Origin: Eledone cirrhosa
Taxonomy: Eukaryota
Reading direction: 5' to 3'
NCBI GenBank assembly: GCA_964016885.1
Contig: OZ024743.1
Coordinates: 17,856,001 to 17,920,000 of the forward strand
Length of the DNA stretch: 64,000 nt
The notes under the pieces are model-generated. The model searched no databases and was not told the DNA's origin. It saw only the letters and a list, made by a program, of their open reading frames with translations. Position numbers and translations under genes: made by a program. This document shows positions 1 through 14,570 of this stretch, in pieces. Within the stretch, counting starts at the first letter, position 1, and each line of letters begins with the position of its first letter.

Positions 1-245
1 GGTCGTCACGATTGTCATAGGCACACTAGGTACTATATCAAAGAGTTTCCAAGAATGGTTAAAGAAGATTAGTCCAGCCCCACCTTTTGGAACACTTCAA
101 AAGGCTTGCTTGCTGTGAACTGCAGGAACCCTCCGATATGTCCTGAATGTCTGAGGTTACAGGTAGCGGCTTGATATTCATTTCAACAAACTTTCCAGTT
201 AAATAACATCAATGACTGAAACTCAAAAACAATAATAATAATAAT
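1..245 (+). mobile_element. 3' end of R4/Dong-type (RLE) non-LTR retrotransposon, family A
   Basis: nt 2-154 translate VVTIVIGTLGTISKSFQEWLKKI...LQKACLL*TAGTLRYVLNV*, nearly identical to the C-termini of ORFs 21741-22010 and 27660-28124. The same 3' UTR follows, then an (AAT)n tail. Confidence 0.9.
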
Positions 246-1499
246 GATTTTCAATTGACAGGGTAAAAATGTACTCATCTGTGGAGTTTAACAATTGGTT
301 CATTCATGTTAGTAATTTGAATAGTAATTGAATAGCATTGTTGAATTAAATCATTCCTGTTCTCTGAAGCAGTTTCTTTCTTAACGGACATACGGTATAT
401 TCAGTAATATCCATTACACAGATATTTAGGTATCGTGATATCTATCACAGTTATTTAGGTATCGCGATATATATAATGAATATTTTACGTCAGTATTCAT
501 ATTGGAATATTTGGTATAGGAAACACTTGGTGTTTTGTTCTTATTTATCGTTGTGGATATGCCCAAGCATACTTAAGATACGAGAATATATTTTCAATTC
601 GTTGCATTCTTTTATTACACAACACGCTTGTGTCTTATATGAGCAGCACTGCATTTCATACTATCTGGAAATCTATTGCTAAATACAAAATTAAATGTTA
701 TATTCGTGTAATCTTTTATACACTTAAACTATTCCTACACTTCAAATCCTTGGCCCAATCATGTTGAAAACTGTACATCTACATAACGCCTTGCTCCCTG
801 TAATATTCCTTTCAAGCGTACATCATTAAATATATTTATAAAATTCACTTAATATGCGTACGTCACTTTATTTTATATTGTTTACATGCACGTAATTTAT
901 GTATGATGTCGTCTGTTTAATAACGTCCATATTAAATTGCTTTTATTTTGGATACACTGAATATAGAGTAATATTCCAAAGATGATTTCTATCATATTAG
1001 ATAAAGTACCATGGCTAAAATGGCTCCAACTTCCATACCTTTCGCCAAAATAAAATACACTGATGGCATTTTTTTCTTTTTTTGAGAATTGAAAGTCATC
1101 ATATGTTCATATATAAAACCTAAAATTCGGATGACTTAGTTGAAGAGCTTCAGCCAAATCGAATTATTCTTGCTCGAAATGTGTACATTTATTACTGACC
1201 AGTAGGAGAACTACGGTTAATTGCTTTTTAGAAATATTTAATTTTACAAGCAATAATTATCTTGGAAAACATTAGTTTCTGCTGTACTTCAAATCGTTAA
1301 TTTTAATTGAGAATAATTATGAATAAGTTTACTGTTCACGAGGGGCCGAGTCATTGGAAATGTCACAAGTGTAAAACAGCGTGTTGTGAGTTGAGGAAAG
1401 AGGACAACAAACAAATGAATACAATAGATATACATCTGTAAAGGTTACGCCACCAATATTCATGAATATAATAGAAAAACATAACGAATGTCAACTAGG

Positions 1500-2080
1500 A
1501 AGAGATACCCACACTATTGTAGACTGCGCTTCAAGGTAAGTCCTGATAGAATCTCAACTGAAGCCTCTAAAACTGTGTCACCTAAGGGGCTCAGCATATG
1601 ACCTCACACAAGGTATTTCCCGCTTCATAATAAAGGATACTCCGAGGAGACATATTCAAGCTCGTCGATCCAACTGTCTTTACCCACTAGAATGCAGTAA
1701 TGCATTTGTAGATTCAGACTCAGCCCCTGAGTACATGGCGAGAAAGAAGGATTCTCTACTTATGCAATCGTCGAGAAAGACAGGCCAAGGCACCATTCTA
1801 CAGGAAAGGTAGGTGTAGGAGATTCTTTCGACACATACGGACCTCATCAACCATACGATTGTCGAATGCTAGGTACATCATCATGGAAATTCAACTGTCT
1901 AATATTTCCCGTAGCGTTTGCGGTACTGGTCCAATAGGTAAGGCGTTCTCGGTTCAGATGTAACATCTGCTACTCGTGTTCGAGGGAATCCACTCGTTAC
2001 TCAATTATCAAATTTGCGAGCAATACTAACTTATAACCTTATCTGGAACAGCTGATATAAAAGTTAGGTCCAATCCGGCT
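1500..2080 (+). pseudogene. Highly decayed LINE RT fragment (possibly RTE-like)
   Basis: GC-richer island with remnants such as PDRISTEASK (compare the PGxDxIxxExxK motif); many stops and frameshifts. Confidence 0.3.
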
Positions 2081-3711
2081 ATTACCTGATACCAGTTTGA
2101 ATATCAGCTAACCTCTTTATTTCGGGGTTACATGATGTTGCACATTTTGCTAAATGGTTATTATATATGGCTTGTGATGTAAGGGAATATATTTCTAGGT
2201 GAAATGTATCATTGAATCGATAATATATTGTGCTAGGTGTGAGCTGTTTCTCACAGAAGTACGTTGTATATATGGTATCGTGTTGTAAATACTGATATAA
2301 TTTATTCATTTGTTTACATCACACACAGTGTTCCGATTAATTTTTGCATATTTTCTTTTTGTTAAAATACTTCATTTGATGCCGCCTGCATGGTTAGTCT
2401 TGTTTCATGCAGCATTGTTAGAATGAGATAATAGCTCATCTTGAAAATCTTAATTTCATATTCCGATTGGAAATGTTTCAAATACGGTCATGAATGTGTA
2501 TGTGATAGGCACGGACTGCGCTGCCAAAGATGATAGTTTCGACTGAATCATTGCAGTTAGTGCATTCAGGTTTAAGATTGTTATTGCTTATTTTGTTTTC
2601 ATAATTGTTGTCTACTTTAAATCCAGAGTTTCTGAACCATTCTTCATTTTACCTGACATTTTCTCTTTAGAACCATACGAGTTCGATGGCTTCTTGTGGG
2701 GTTTGCTCTGTATTCCCCATTCAGTCTTAATTGTCATTCTATTCTCACTTTCAATCATTTTCCACCATCATCATCAGTTCATGTTCAGAATATGATAATA
2801 TTATTGATATTTGTGTTGTTGTTCTCGCTGTTGCGTTTGTATGGTTGGATCAGAAAAACATTTACAACATCGGAAATTTCCAATTGGCCCTTTGTTTAGT
2901 TTCTTTTCTGCCTATGTTGAATTTGGCCGAGGTTGTCCTCGGCTTTCAACTGTGCGCAACCACTAGATAATGTCCCATTCTAATATTGAATCTATTCATC
3001 TGATATGACCCTCAATCATTTCTGATTTTTGAGGCAAATTAAAAAGAAAGTATTCTACTACTCATACAGTTACAGTCATATATTTATTTTTGCTATATTT
3101 ATTCATTATATGTCCCTCATGTCACGTATGCTCTCCTCTCAATTTTATCTCATATAAATGTCCACAAGGTTTTTCAATTTTCTCTGAAGAAATAATCTTT
3201 TTTAAAATGCATTAATCTTTTCAAAGAATTACTAGTTTCCTTTAGATTCAGAACTTAGTTTATATCTGATTTGGCTATTTTCCACAATCATTCCTTTATA
3301 AATGGCTTATTACTTAGCATGACATGAGAGAAAATCATTGAATATACGTTCATGTAAATAAAAAATGCGCTACAAATTGTGAACGTGAAGCGTTATTAAA
3401 GTGCGTCCGAACTTGTCCAATCACACAGTTATTCATTATGAAAGACGACAATGCCAATATTTATCTTCTTATTCGAGACGGTTGCCAGTTTTATTATTGT
3501 TATTTTTTAAATATTTTTCATCAACGTTATATGGGCATTTGTTTGGAAACTTATGCCAGATTTCAAGGCTTTAAGATTACATTAATGTATTAAAAATTGG
3601 CTATGTTGAAAACGACTTGTGGGTCAGCACTGCAAACACAATGCTTGCTATGATGTTGATGTAAACTTGACCTGTAGAATATTTGTGGTCCAAAGATGAA
3701 CGTATTCTAAT

Positions 3712-5125
3712 ACTGAGACGATGGCTAAACCATTATCCGCACAGCCATAGAAACGACCAAGTAATTCGGGTCAAACAAATAAAATATGATTGAAAATGAT
3801 ATCCGGACTCCTGGAAGGTTGGTAAAATCCAGCATTTGGGTTTCTGCAACTCCTAAATCAAGTACTGTCTGCTTAGACAAATCATTGTTTCTACTTTTAG
3901 CACAAGGCCAGCAAATATCCCAGTCTATTATTACTGGTACTCTATTTTATCGACCCCGGAAGGATGAAAGGCAAAGTTAACCTCGGCGCGATTTGAAATC
4001 AGTCCGACCCTCTACCGACACTGCCAATCCACCGCACTAGACAAATAATTGTTTCTACTATTGGCACAAGGCCAGCAATTACCCAGAGCATTACTGGTAC
4101 TTTATTTTATCGACCCCGCACTAGACAAATAATGCTAAGCTTTTAGTAAGATGATGGAACAAGGAAGTCACTTTCTAAACAGGCTTTTAGTTCAAGTGCC
4201 AAACGAAGTACTGACCATTATCAAAACCCACGTGGGGCTCGACAAGGGGGGGCTACCCTTAGTTTTGGTGGATGAATTCAGTATGTGTATTATTATTGCA
4301 AAATTGCAAAATATCACAAAACGAATTAAGTTCTCAACAGAATGGTTTTAAAATTAACAAAATCTATTCATCAGTCAATAGAATTTACTAAAAAAAATCA
4401 AGAAAATGAACTGGTCAATAGCTAGACTCTGGAGATTAATACAAATATAAATTAATGAGAATCTTATTTCGGCTATTAGAAATTACCGAAAACAACTTCC
4501 GAGATGTGTGACAAGCGCTCCATAGAAGCTAGTGAACTAGAGCTACAAAATAAGTTAAAAGGCCAAACACACTGAGACGATGGTTAAACCATTATCCGAA
4601 CAGCCATAGAAACGACCAAGTAATTCGGGTCAAACAAATAAAATATGATTGAAAATTATACCTGGACCCCTGGTAGGTTGGTAAAATCCCGCATTTGGGT
4701 TTCTGCAACTCCTAAATGAAGTACTGTCTGCCTAGACAAATAATGTTAAGCTTTTGGTTAGAAGATCGAACGAATTAAGTCAATTTCTCAACAGGCTTTT
4801 AGTTCAAGTGCCAAACGAAGCACTGACCGTTATCAAAACCCCCGTTAGGCTCGACAAGGGGGGCAACCTTTAGTTTTGGCGGATGAATTCAGTATGTGTG
4901 TTATTATTACAAAATTGGAAAATATCAGAAAACGAATTAAGTTCTCAACAGAATGGTTTTAAAATTAACAAAAGCTATTCATCAGTCAATAGAATTTACT
5001 ACAAAAATCATGAAAATTAACTGGTCAATTAACTGGTCTCTGGAGATTAATTCAAATATAAATTAGCGATAATCGTATTTCGGCTACTGGAAATTAGCGA
5101 AAAACAACTTCCGAGATGTGTGGCA
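3712..5125. repeat. Tandem direct duplication of a ~600-bp unit; first copy interrupted by a SINE dimer
   Basis: actgagacgatggYtaaaccattatccg...cttccgagatgtgtg occurs at 3712-4512 and at 4571-5122 with high identity. Confidence 0.9.
3874..4133 (-). mobile_element. tRNA-derived SINE dimer with triple target-site repeat
   Basis: Two SINE units bounded by tagacaaat(c/a)at at 3874, 4038 and 4122. The empty site is visible in the sister duplicate near 4733. Confidence 0.9.
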
Positions 5126-5402
5126 ACGCCCCATATATATATTGTTATACTTTGGGGGGGGGGGGGGGGTCGTGTTGCCAATAAGAAACACACGCACCAG
5201 TAGCTTTCACTTCAATTTATTATAATAAATTTATAAATTTAGGAATTTATAAGTTTCCGGTGGTTGGTTGGTTCCACAAGCATTCTGTGATCTTCAGTGA
5301 CTGGGGATTCTTTTCTTTGTTTTTGTGCCTCTCCTTTGTCCTACGCCATCTTGTTTTTGTGTGTGGTACGTCAACATTATTTATAAAACTGTTTATATAC
5401 TG

Positions 5403-5467
5403 TATTTTGTCTGATGAAGGCATACCATATTTTAATTTGGTATCCCTGAAATATGTATAATGAAATA
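5403..5467 (+). ncRNA. Type I hammerhead ribozyme motif, family A
   Basis: Stem I UAUUUUGU/AUGAAAUA; core CUGAUGA at 5411; stem II AGG-C-AUACCA/UGGUAU-C-CCU; GAAA at 5448; near-palindromic stem III; AUA triplet. The element ends at TTAATATCGTA and runs into (TA)n. Confidence 0.8.
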
Positions 5468-5507
5468 AATATGGTTTTATAAATATAGTTTCCATTTATT
5501 TAATATC

Positions 5508-5634
<127 letters not shown>

Positions 5635-6654
5635 AGAGAAAACAAGACAACCAACAACGGAAACAATGTAAAACGAAAAAACAGTAAGGGGAGAGCTTGA
5701 ACAATTTCTTTTAAAATATATATATACAATTGAAGGGCGCTGGTCACCGGCTTTTGAGATGGATTTTGACAGTTTAGACCCCTACTAATGCTGCTGCTCC
5801 TACAATCGGTGTCATAGCGTCTGCATAAGCAACTTTCTGTAGAGTGGAGCAAGAGACGAGAGCCCAGACATTAATTTATTGATATTAAGGTATAATTGCA
5901 TGTGCATAACATTTTATCTGACGTCAAGGAAAAGGTGTGTTGCCTCTTACAGTACGAGTCATAAATGAAATAAATGACAAAAAGCAACAAGAAAAAAAGT
6001 GTTATCGTGTTAAAAAATGTGTTGAAGAGATAACACAAATATCACATTAGTATTGATAAACTTAATAAATATATATATATATTGAAGTTTGTCATGCTTG
6101 TCCGTAACTAAAATTGCAACATGACACTTTTTTCATAGCTAAGATTTGTTGTGTTTCTTTCCTTGTTCGTATTCTTTACGAAGAAGAGGGAATATAACGA
6201 AAATAATGAAACAAAAACAATACTGGAGAATGAGAAAATGGTGAAGACGAACAATTTGATAAAGTGTGTCAGCAACAATAACAACACAAGTAGCAAGAAG
6301 TAGATTAAGGAGTAGCAGTAGAATCAGGAGCCTTGCTGTCCGTAATTATTGGTCATTCTAAATACATCAAAGAGGTTTCGTAATGTTGACAGTTGTAGAA
6401 TATGGAAAGAAATATATGATATAGGAGAATTGCTATATAATTAATTGTATTATAAGGGCGCGAAATTGTTGGAATTGGAAATAACTATACCTGTTTTTGT
6501 TTGATTTATCTGAATGTCTTGGAAACTATTGCCAATGACTCATTCATCCGAAGGTTTGTATTCGCAGACAGACGGAGACTCACACACACAAACACGTTCA
6601 CACACACAATTACGACAGCGATCTGTAACACGTGTCATTACACAAGCAGATTAC

Positions 6655-6768
6655 TAATACTACTACTACCGCTACCGCCTCTACCGCCACTACTACTACC
6701 ACCTCCAACAAAAACATTCCTACTTCTACTACAAATACTACTACTACTACTACTAAACCTGTTATTGC

Positions 6769-6837
<69 letters not shown>

Positions 6838-6852
6838 AAATAGTAGTAGTAT
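6655..6852. repeat. (CTA)n / (GTA)n microsatellite
   Basis: Read directly; it explains the poly-V/S/T ORFs here. Confidence 0.95.
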
Positions 6853-7149
6853 ATGTTGTTGCTATTGTAAACGCACATATATGGAGAGAGAGAGAGTAGG
6901 AGAAAAATATATTTTCCACTTGGCCTGAAAGGCAGTTAAAAGAAGCAGTAGAGGCGAAAAAAGGGCAGTTGTTTATAAATAAAATGGTGAGGAACATTTG
7001 CCGAGAAAGTACTCCCAATCTTCTGTGAGGTGTGGTTTGATTATAAAAAGGCTTGTGATATGATGCCTCTGGTTGCGTTTGGAATGACTAGATTGAGTGA
7101 AAGTGGCAGAAGACACGGAGATATTTAAAAAAAATGAATGGCATCCTGG

Positions 7150-8175
7150 AGATTTGAGATGGCATCAGGAAGAGATGTTTTACAAGTTAAATTAAGAGGG
7201 AAATTTTCCAGGGTGATTGCTTATCACGTTTTTCTTGGGGGCAATGTTACACCTGGAAAGTAAAATGTGTGTACTCACTAGGAAAAATAGATACACCTTA
7301 AAACATGTATTATTCATGGATGACTTCAAGTTTTAGGGGAAAAAATAAACGTGATAGTTTCACTCGCTCAAATAGTAAGAGATTTTAGTGTAGACATTAC
7401 GCATAGCATTTACGATAAATAACTGCGCTATAGTTCAAATTGAGAGAAGAAAGAATGCCACTTCAGAAAGTATTCAATTATCCAACAATGGAGTTCTTAC
7501 TTCTTTGGGAATTACCTCGGATTCCTTCAGAGTGACATGGTACGTATATACGAAAGGAAGGGAAATGTTACACAAGAATATTTCCTGGGATGGCGGCTTC
7601 ATTGATTGAGAGGTGAAATAACTCAAGAACTTATATATATGTATCAAGGATTGCACCCACAAGCTGCTGTTGATGATGTCCACACGAGAAGAGAATATGG
7701 GAAAATGACAGATCAGCAGCGTGGGGATATTTTCATCTGTGAAAGTTAGCTTGAGTAAGTACCTAGGAAAAGTCGTGAAACGTTATTAAAGGAGGTTGTA
7801 AAATAAGGGATCTAAGGTGGAAAGTGTTATTCAAAGACGGAAAATCCAAAATAGCCACATAACGTAAGGTCAGGTTCAAAACCAATGGAATGATTGAAAG
7901 AGATGTAAGAAATTATTAACACGTACACATGGCTACGAAGAGGATGTCTGAAGAAGGAAACAAGGTATTTGATTATGGCAGCGTAAGTCCAGTTGATAAA
8001 GACAAAGTAGATCAAATTTACTGGGGATAGATTGGGCACGTCACCGGTTAGTAGAATGTGTTTAAAAGTGTAGCAGACAATTAGGACTTATTGTCTCAGA
8101 ATTGTCACATCAAGTTCGAAAGGCTTTTAGCGATGGATTATAAATATTTGAATAAAAATAACTATTATTAATAAT
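7150..8175 (+). pseudogene. Ancient degenerate R4/Dong-type LINE RT fragment
   Basis: Remnants IFQGDCLS (~7203), LFMDDFK (~7311) and GCLKKETRYLIMAA (~7941) match motifs of the younger copies at 21.6-28.5 kb. Confidence 0.65.
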
Positions 8176-9533
8176 GTTTTTTTTTTCTTTGTTTGTTTTC
8201 TTCAAATACGGTGATGATATAGTAAATTTTCCAGTAATTGAATTTGAAAGGCAGGTTACATTCAACGTTGTGATTCACATAAACAAAAACAATGTACGAG
8301 AAAGGAGAGGTATGCATATTCTCAAGGATACTTATTTTTAAGAGAATCCAGCAAGCTTTCAATTATAAGTCAAACCTGATCTCCACAGGCACCTATGATT
8401 TTATTATTTTATTCCCCTTCATATAGCCTTTGAAAAAGTTCTCCTTTTCACCGCATACCCCTATCTATTTTAATCACTTTTGGAAAGATACTCTCATTCC
8501 AACGTGGCAATTCCATTAATCTGGAAATTGCAAGCTGTGTTGAGAGTTTAACCAAAAGAAAATGTGTATTCTACGCAACCTTGTCCATAGAACGACACCC
8601 GAATAACGTCACATTCACCCGTGTAAACGCAGTCGGTGGAACGATATTCACTATGGATTAGGAAAATAATTTGACGTCCTCAACGCCTTAGCAGCAGTTG
8701 AAACATGCCACATCTTACCCATTCAAAGTGATTGATTGATTGTGAGCATACAGAAGGTATAACGCTCATATTGGACATGCCCTTTCGGCAGCACGTCTAT
8801 GCTTGTGTATTTTCTTCTGAAACCGGTGGTACTCAACTGCTATATTAAAATCATATACATTATACTGCTGCCTCGTGGTCACAATATGTGTTGAATGATA
8901 TTTGGTATAATGAAACTGCAAAAGCAGCTGATATACATAGACATAGATTTTGAGTGTTCGTGTGCGTGGAAATGTCCACCTTTTGTGTGTAATAATTTAT
9001 CGTAAATTTACTGTGAATATAACCTCCTTTACGTTCGAGATGTATAAACTTACTGTGAAAATATCGGCACTCCCGACGGTTTCGTCGGTTATACTATGTT
9101 TATCTCACGTATATATGTGTATATGTAAGACTTTATTATATTATTAAAATAATTTCTGCACATATTAAATGACACGTTACAGTATTATTAATTATTCTCC
9201 GTGAGACATGTTGTTAATATTGGTCTCTATGTGGGATCTCGTGCGTATTAGTATAACATCTATAATCCAGCACATAATGCATCCGTTGATATCACAATAC
9301 CTTGATTCCCATAATAAATTTGGATAATCATTATATTTCCTCATATAAAATGTAATGTCTAAATCTATTATAATTTAGATATTTAACATACATAATTTGT
9401 TGAAAACATCAGCATACATATTCAAATAATAGAGAAGACTGTAAATACTACAATATTTAATATATTTAGTATATTTAATTTCTTCAGAAAGAAATAGTAA
9501 AATTTCCAGAATTAATTCAACGTTTGCTCTCTC

Positions 9534-9666
<133 letters not shown>

Positions 9667-9689
9667 CTAACTCTGGGAGAAGCTCAGAC

Positions 9690-11682
9690 ATGCGCATTCT
9701 CGACAAGGTCCATACTCGACAGCATCCACCTCATGCGATACATCATAGAGAGGATAGGGTGTAAACCCGGCTTCGGTGGGGCCCTGGTCAACTTGGATCA
9801 GTCTAACGCTTTCGATAGGGTTGATCATCGTTACCTGGATGCGGTGCTCGAGGCGGCACGCTTCGGACCCGTGTGCAGGGGCTGGATTGCTGCAATGCAC
9901 AGCAGCAACATCTGCTCCAGTGTCAAGGTGAACGGCTACCTCTCGGAGCTGTTGCATATAACGCGATCGTTCCGGCAGGGATGCCCTCTTTCCTCCCTTC
10001 TGTACGTACTGACTCTCGAGCCACTACTGCGCAAGTTGGAGCTATTGCAGGGCATCCCTTTGGAACCGGGACTGCGAAATGCGGCGCCGGTCTACGCCGA
10101 CGATATGACAGTAATGGTGTCGAGCACCTCACAAATTGGGGTAGTCGGCACCTTACTGGAGGAATACGGAAGGTTCACAGGAGCGGAGCTGAAACGGGAT
10201 AAATCTGTCGGTTTGCAACTCGTGGAGAGGCAAACCGATGCCTTCCGCTGGACGGAAGGACCAGTAAAGATGCTCGGGGTCTGATTTTGTCCGGACCTCC
10301 AGGTGGAGAAGAGCTGGAACGAGGTGACGGCCCAGCTGTTTGCGCTCACCCACAAGTGGGCCGAGTGCAAACTATCCTTGAAAGGTCGAGCGGAGCTGGA
10401 GAACTCTTTTATAGCGTCCGTCATCTACTACCGCATGACCGTCGTGCATTGTTCAGCCAAAACGCTCACCAAAATGGAGCGGGCGCTCTTCCAATTCCTT
10501 TGGAAGAAACGGGCTCCTTTGGTGAGAAGATCCATCTGCTGCCAACACCTTTCAAACGGAGGTCTAGGGATGCCGTGGCTGACGATGCGCAAAAACGCGC
10601 TCAGACTGCGGCACCTCTACGTATTCCTCACCGGACAACCGGTGTGCGCCCCGTTCGTGAGGCGAGCCCTCCCACGACTCGTCTCGCTGACCGAGCTGCA
10701 GTCCTAGGTCAACCAAATACCGATGAAAATAGGCTACTGGCACATCGAATGTGCTCAGGCGCTCAAAGTCCTCTGGCAAACTGACCCGGCGATCAGTGGA
10801 GACTCCACTCCGATATTCTGTAGAGGGTTGGTCCGCAGCAAGTACGACGACGCGCTCGGAGAAACTCTAGGCGTAGAGGAGGACGAACTGGCCAGTCTGT
10901 TCGGTAGGACCTTCCGCCGGGACCAATGGACAACTTCCAAAATTCCCTGGCCTGGCAGTGCTACCGAGGAGCTCTACCAGTTCAAGACAAGCTCTACAGA
11001 CGCGGATGCCCGGGCAGGGACCCTTCGAAAAATATCTGTCCGAGATGCGTGCGCGACGAGGAAACCGTCGCGCACGCATTTGTACACTGCCCGGGCGTTA
11101 CAGACCTGTGGGGCTATGTAGAATGACTATTGTCGTGGGTGGGACCAATCCAATTGACCACCGAGTCCATTGTCATGATTAAATCGCCACCCTCCTTCAA
11201 AAACGAGGGAGAGGCGGTTTTCATTTGTGTTATGGCTATGGCGAAAGAGGTTATACGATGGACGAGGATAAACGGGCTGAGGTCAACACCTTTCTCTCCG
11301 CCGAACAGCTGATTCGTTTTTTCAAATATCATTTTGGAAGAAGAATCATGATGGTGAGAGAGGTGCTGTACACCAGCAAATTTTATAAAAGGTGGGTGAA
11401 TGTGGCAAAGATGGCCCGAGTGGTTGGACCTTCTCTCTATATAAGCCTGTAGGTTGGGGATAAAGAGGAAGAGAGTAAGGGATTACTCACTCTTGGTGCT
11501 CCTGGAGATGAGGGTTGTACATCTTTTGGGGGGGTGTACAACCCCTGTGTAACACCTCCCCCTATTGGGGTTTTCAATTGTTATTTGTTATTTTATTAAT
11601 AGTTTTATTTTCATACACCTGTATGTAAACTCCCCATCTGTATTTCTCCCCTTCTTTTGTGCCCTTGTGGCTAATAAAGACA
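9690..11682 (+). mobile_element. 5'-truncated L1/Tx1-clade LINE (RT plus zinc-finger C-terminus), disrupted
   Basis: LDQSNAFDRVDH, RQGCPLSSLLY, YADDMTV, GGLGMP and CPRC...ETVAHAFVHC motifs. T-rich 3' UTR with AATAAA near 11673. In-frame stops and frameshifts. Confidence 0.92.
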
Positions 11683-13021
11683 TTTACCTATCTCCTTCTC
11701 TCACTACCTCTCTATATCTCTCTCTATCTAACTCTCTGTATATATATAGAGATACAGAGAGAGAATATATATATATATTATTGTGAGTGTGTGTGTGTGT
11801 GTGTGTATATGTGTATGTTTAGGTTTGTATACATATAAGCATGTATGTGGGCGTTACTGGGTGTATTTATATTTTGACGTAAGCCACATCAGGAAAATGT
11901 TTTCTTCTCCACAATAATAGTCGTTAACTAAAATTTATGAATGGCAAATTTGATTAACATATTCCTGGTGACAAGAAGATATGGACAGAAGGAATTGCGG
12001 GGTAAATATTCCAGCGTCTCTTGGGTGTATTTCTTGCACATTATACATTTGCACCAGCGTCGAATTACCAGATATTGGGAAACATGACATTTTACGGAAA
12101 ACTTAATCCAGAAATAACTCAGAGTAATTGCTTAATGCAATCGCCTATCAAAGATTGTTGCTGGATTTTGTGTTATCACAGGCATCTCTGTCCCCTTTTA
12201 CCGTCTTCATGTATATTATCTCAATCATCTGTGATTGGAGGACTAAATTTCAAACTGAATTTACCTGTCCAGTTATTAATGGAACATGGAAAAGACATAT
12301 TCTGAGGCAAATAATTCTAGCACCACAGGAATTTATAATCGTATGATATTCATTATTTTGAATAGAAATTTGCATTTGATATCACCTTGCGGTTAGTTAA
12401 CCATAGTTATGAGATGAACCTATATATTTTTAGTTAACGTGTATAGTAAACCCATCTACATCCAATCATATTTACATCTGACAAAACCACAAATTGACAA
12501 TATAGAGTAAGTTGAAGTAAGTCTAAAAGAGAAAGAATCACATGGTGTCAAATATAATCATTCCGAAGATTATAGATTATATGTCGAAGAAGATTTAACA
12601 ATTACATAGCCACTGGTTTACAGATATTATCGAAAAACGGAGCAATTACCCGGGAGATAATATACCCGAAATGAGACTGAAACGATGCGCGTGTCTGTGA
12701 TTTTAGTATTTGGATATGAGCCTATTTAATGAACCTCCTTCGTCTGTGCTTTATCATCGGTCTAAGAAGCTTAGGATTGTTTAACTTCTGGAACATTGGG
12801 CCCCTATAATTTTGCACTTGAGATATTAGCTAGTCTTTTAATCGGGAACTTTTATTATTTTGTTTATATAAAGGTTTTGTGTTTTATATTTAGTTACGCC
12901 TCGAAACAATTCATTACTCAATGGTGTGCGACATTATATTATCAAGATCACTCGTATTGCTTTATTGCTAAAGGCTTTCACACTGTTATCTCTAGATTAT
13001 ATGCTATGGCATGATTCATCT

Positions 13022-13431
13022 CCTTATAGTAAAATAATTGTTTCTACTTTTGGCACACGGCCAGAAATTATCCCAGTGTATTACTGGTACTTTATTTTAT
13101 CGACCCCGTAAGGAGCAAAGGCAAAGTTAACCTTGGCGGGATTCGAACTCAGACCATAAATGGCCGTAACTATTTGCTACAAAGCATGGCGTCCGACCCT
13201 CTACTGAAACTGCCAATCTACCGCCCTTATAGTAAAATAATTGTTTCTACTTTAGGCACAAGGCCAGCAAATACCCAGTACATTGCTGGTACTTTATTTT
13301 ATCGACCCCGTAAGGATGAAAGGCAAAGTTAACCTCGGCGGGATTTGAACTCAGACTGTAAAGGGACGTAACTATGCTAGAAAGAATGGCGTCCAACCCT
13401 CTACCGATACTGCCAATTCACCGTAAATAAT
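13022..13431 (-). mobile_element. tRNA-derived SINE tandem dimer
   Basis: Two near-full units; ccttatagtaaaataat occurs at 13022 and 13225, with a partial copy at 13423. Confidence 0.9.
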
Positions 13432-14180
13432 GTTTATTAATGACATATATTAATATTTAATAGGATTTCCAGGCTAAATTATATTTTCGTTTGTGTAAGT
13501 TATGCCACCTTAACCTTTCCTGCAATGCAGTTATACGTACTTATCCTCATCTATTGAATTACGATGATACATCCGTTTTGAATTTTTTAAGGTTAGTCTA
13601 CGTAATTTATTTTCTCCATCGTCTTGCTCACTCCTTATGTTTTTCGATTCATTTCTGAATTTAGGTTTTATATGTAATACAGCTTGTGTTATAATCGTAT
13701 TTCATTACGAAACTAATCATACAACACATTAGCGACTCTTAGTGCAGTAACATTCCAGCACCAAATAACAGGTGCAATGAGAGGCCTCTGTGCAGCACTT
13801 CACTAAATAGACATTTACTTCCAGAATGCATTGAATCTATTAGTTTGACATACTTCCTGTTAATTTGAAAGGGGTTTAAAAATACTGCATAACCATTATC
13901 ACATGTAAAGTTTTCTATACATATATTCAAACATTTTAAAATTAGTATGATTTTGTTCATGCCACATACATTCAAGTTGCGCAGTCTTTGTAAAGTCCCT
14001 AATTGTATCATAGACGTTTCCATCACATACATCCTTCAATAATCAATTTATTGCAAACAAAGTTCTCCGATGTTACATTGTATAGTACTGAGAATCACAA
14101 GATCGGCGAATTGGTAGAGTAGGTAGGGTGATTCACAAATAATTAGGTGTATTTGTTCACACACACATTTATATATTTTC

Positions 14181-14251
<71 letters not shown>

Positions 14252-14518
14252 ATGCGTGTTATGTTAGTGTGTATGTGTGTGTGTATGCGCATGTATGTAT
14301 ATATATATATATATATATTTATTTATTATATTAAGGCTGATTAATAAGTCTTGTTAATTTGGAGTTTTACTTGTTTATCATACAGGCCTCAGACATGTAT
14401 CTCTAACGACACTGTAATGAACAGTAGAGCGTTCATAGAACAATACTCACTATGTAGCCTTAATAAAGTGCATCTCAAAGGTCTACTATGTTATTTTCTC
14501 TCAGCCATCCACCACAAA

Positions 14519-14570
<52 letters not shown>

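Noticed and set aside
3874-4133. CRISPR-like repeat/spacer pattern
   Set aside because: The 'spacers' are copies of one SINE and the repeats are TSDs; there are no cas genes and the context is eukaryotic.
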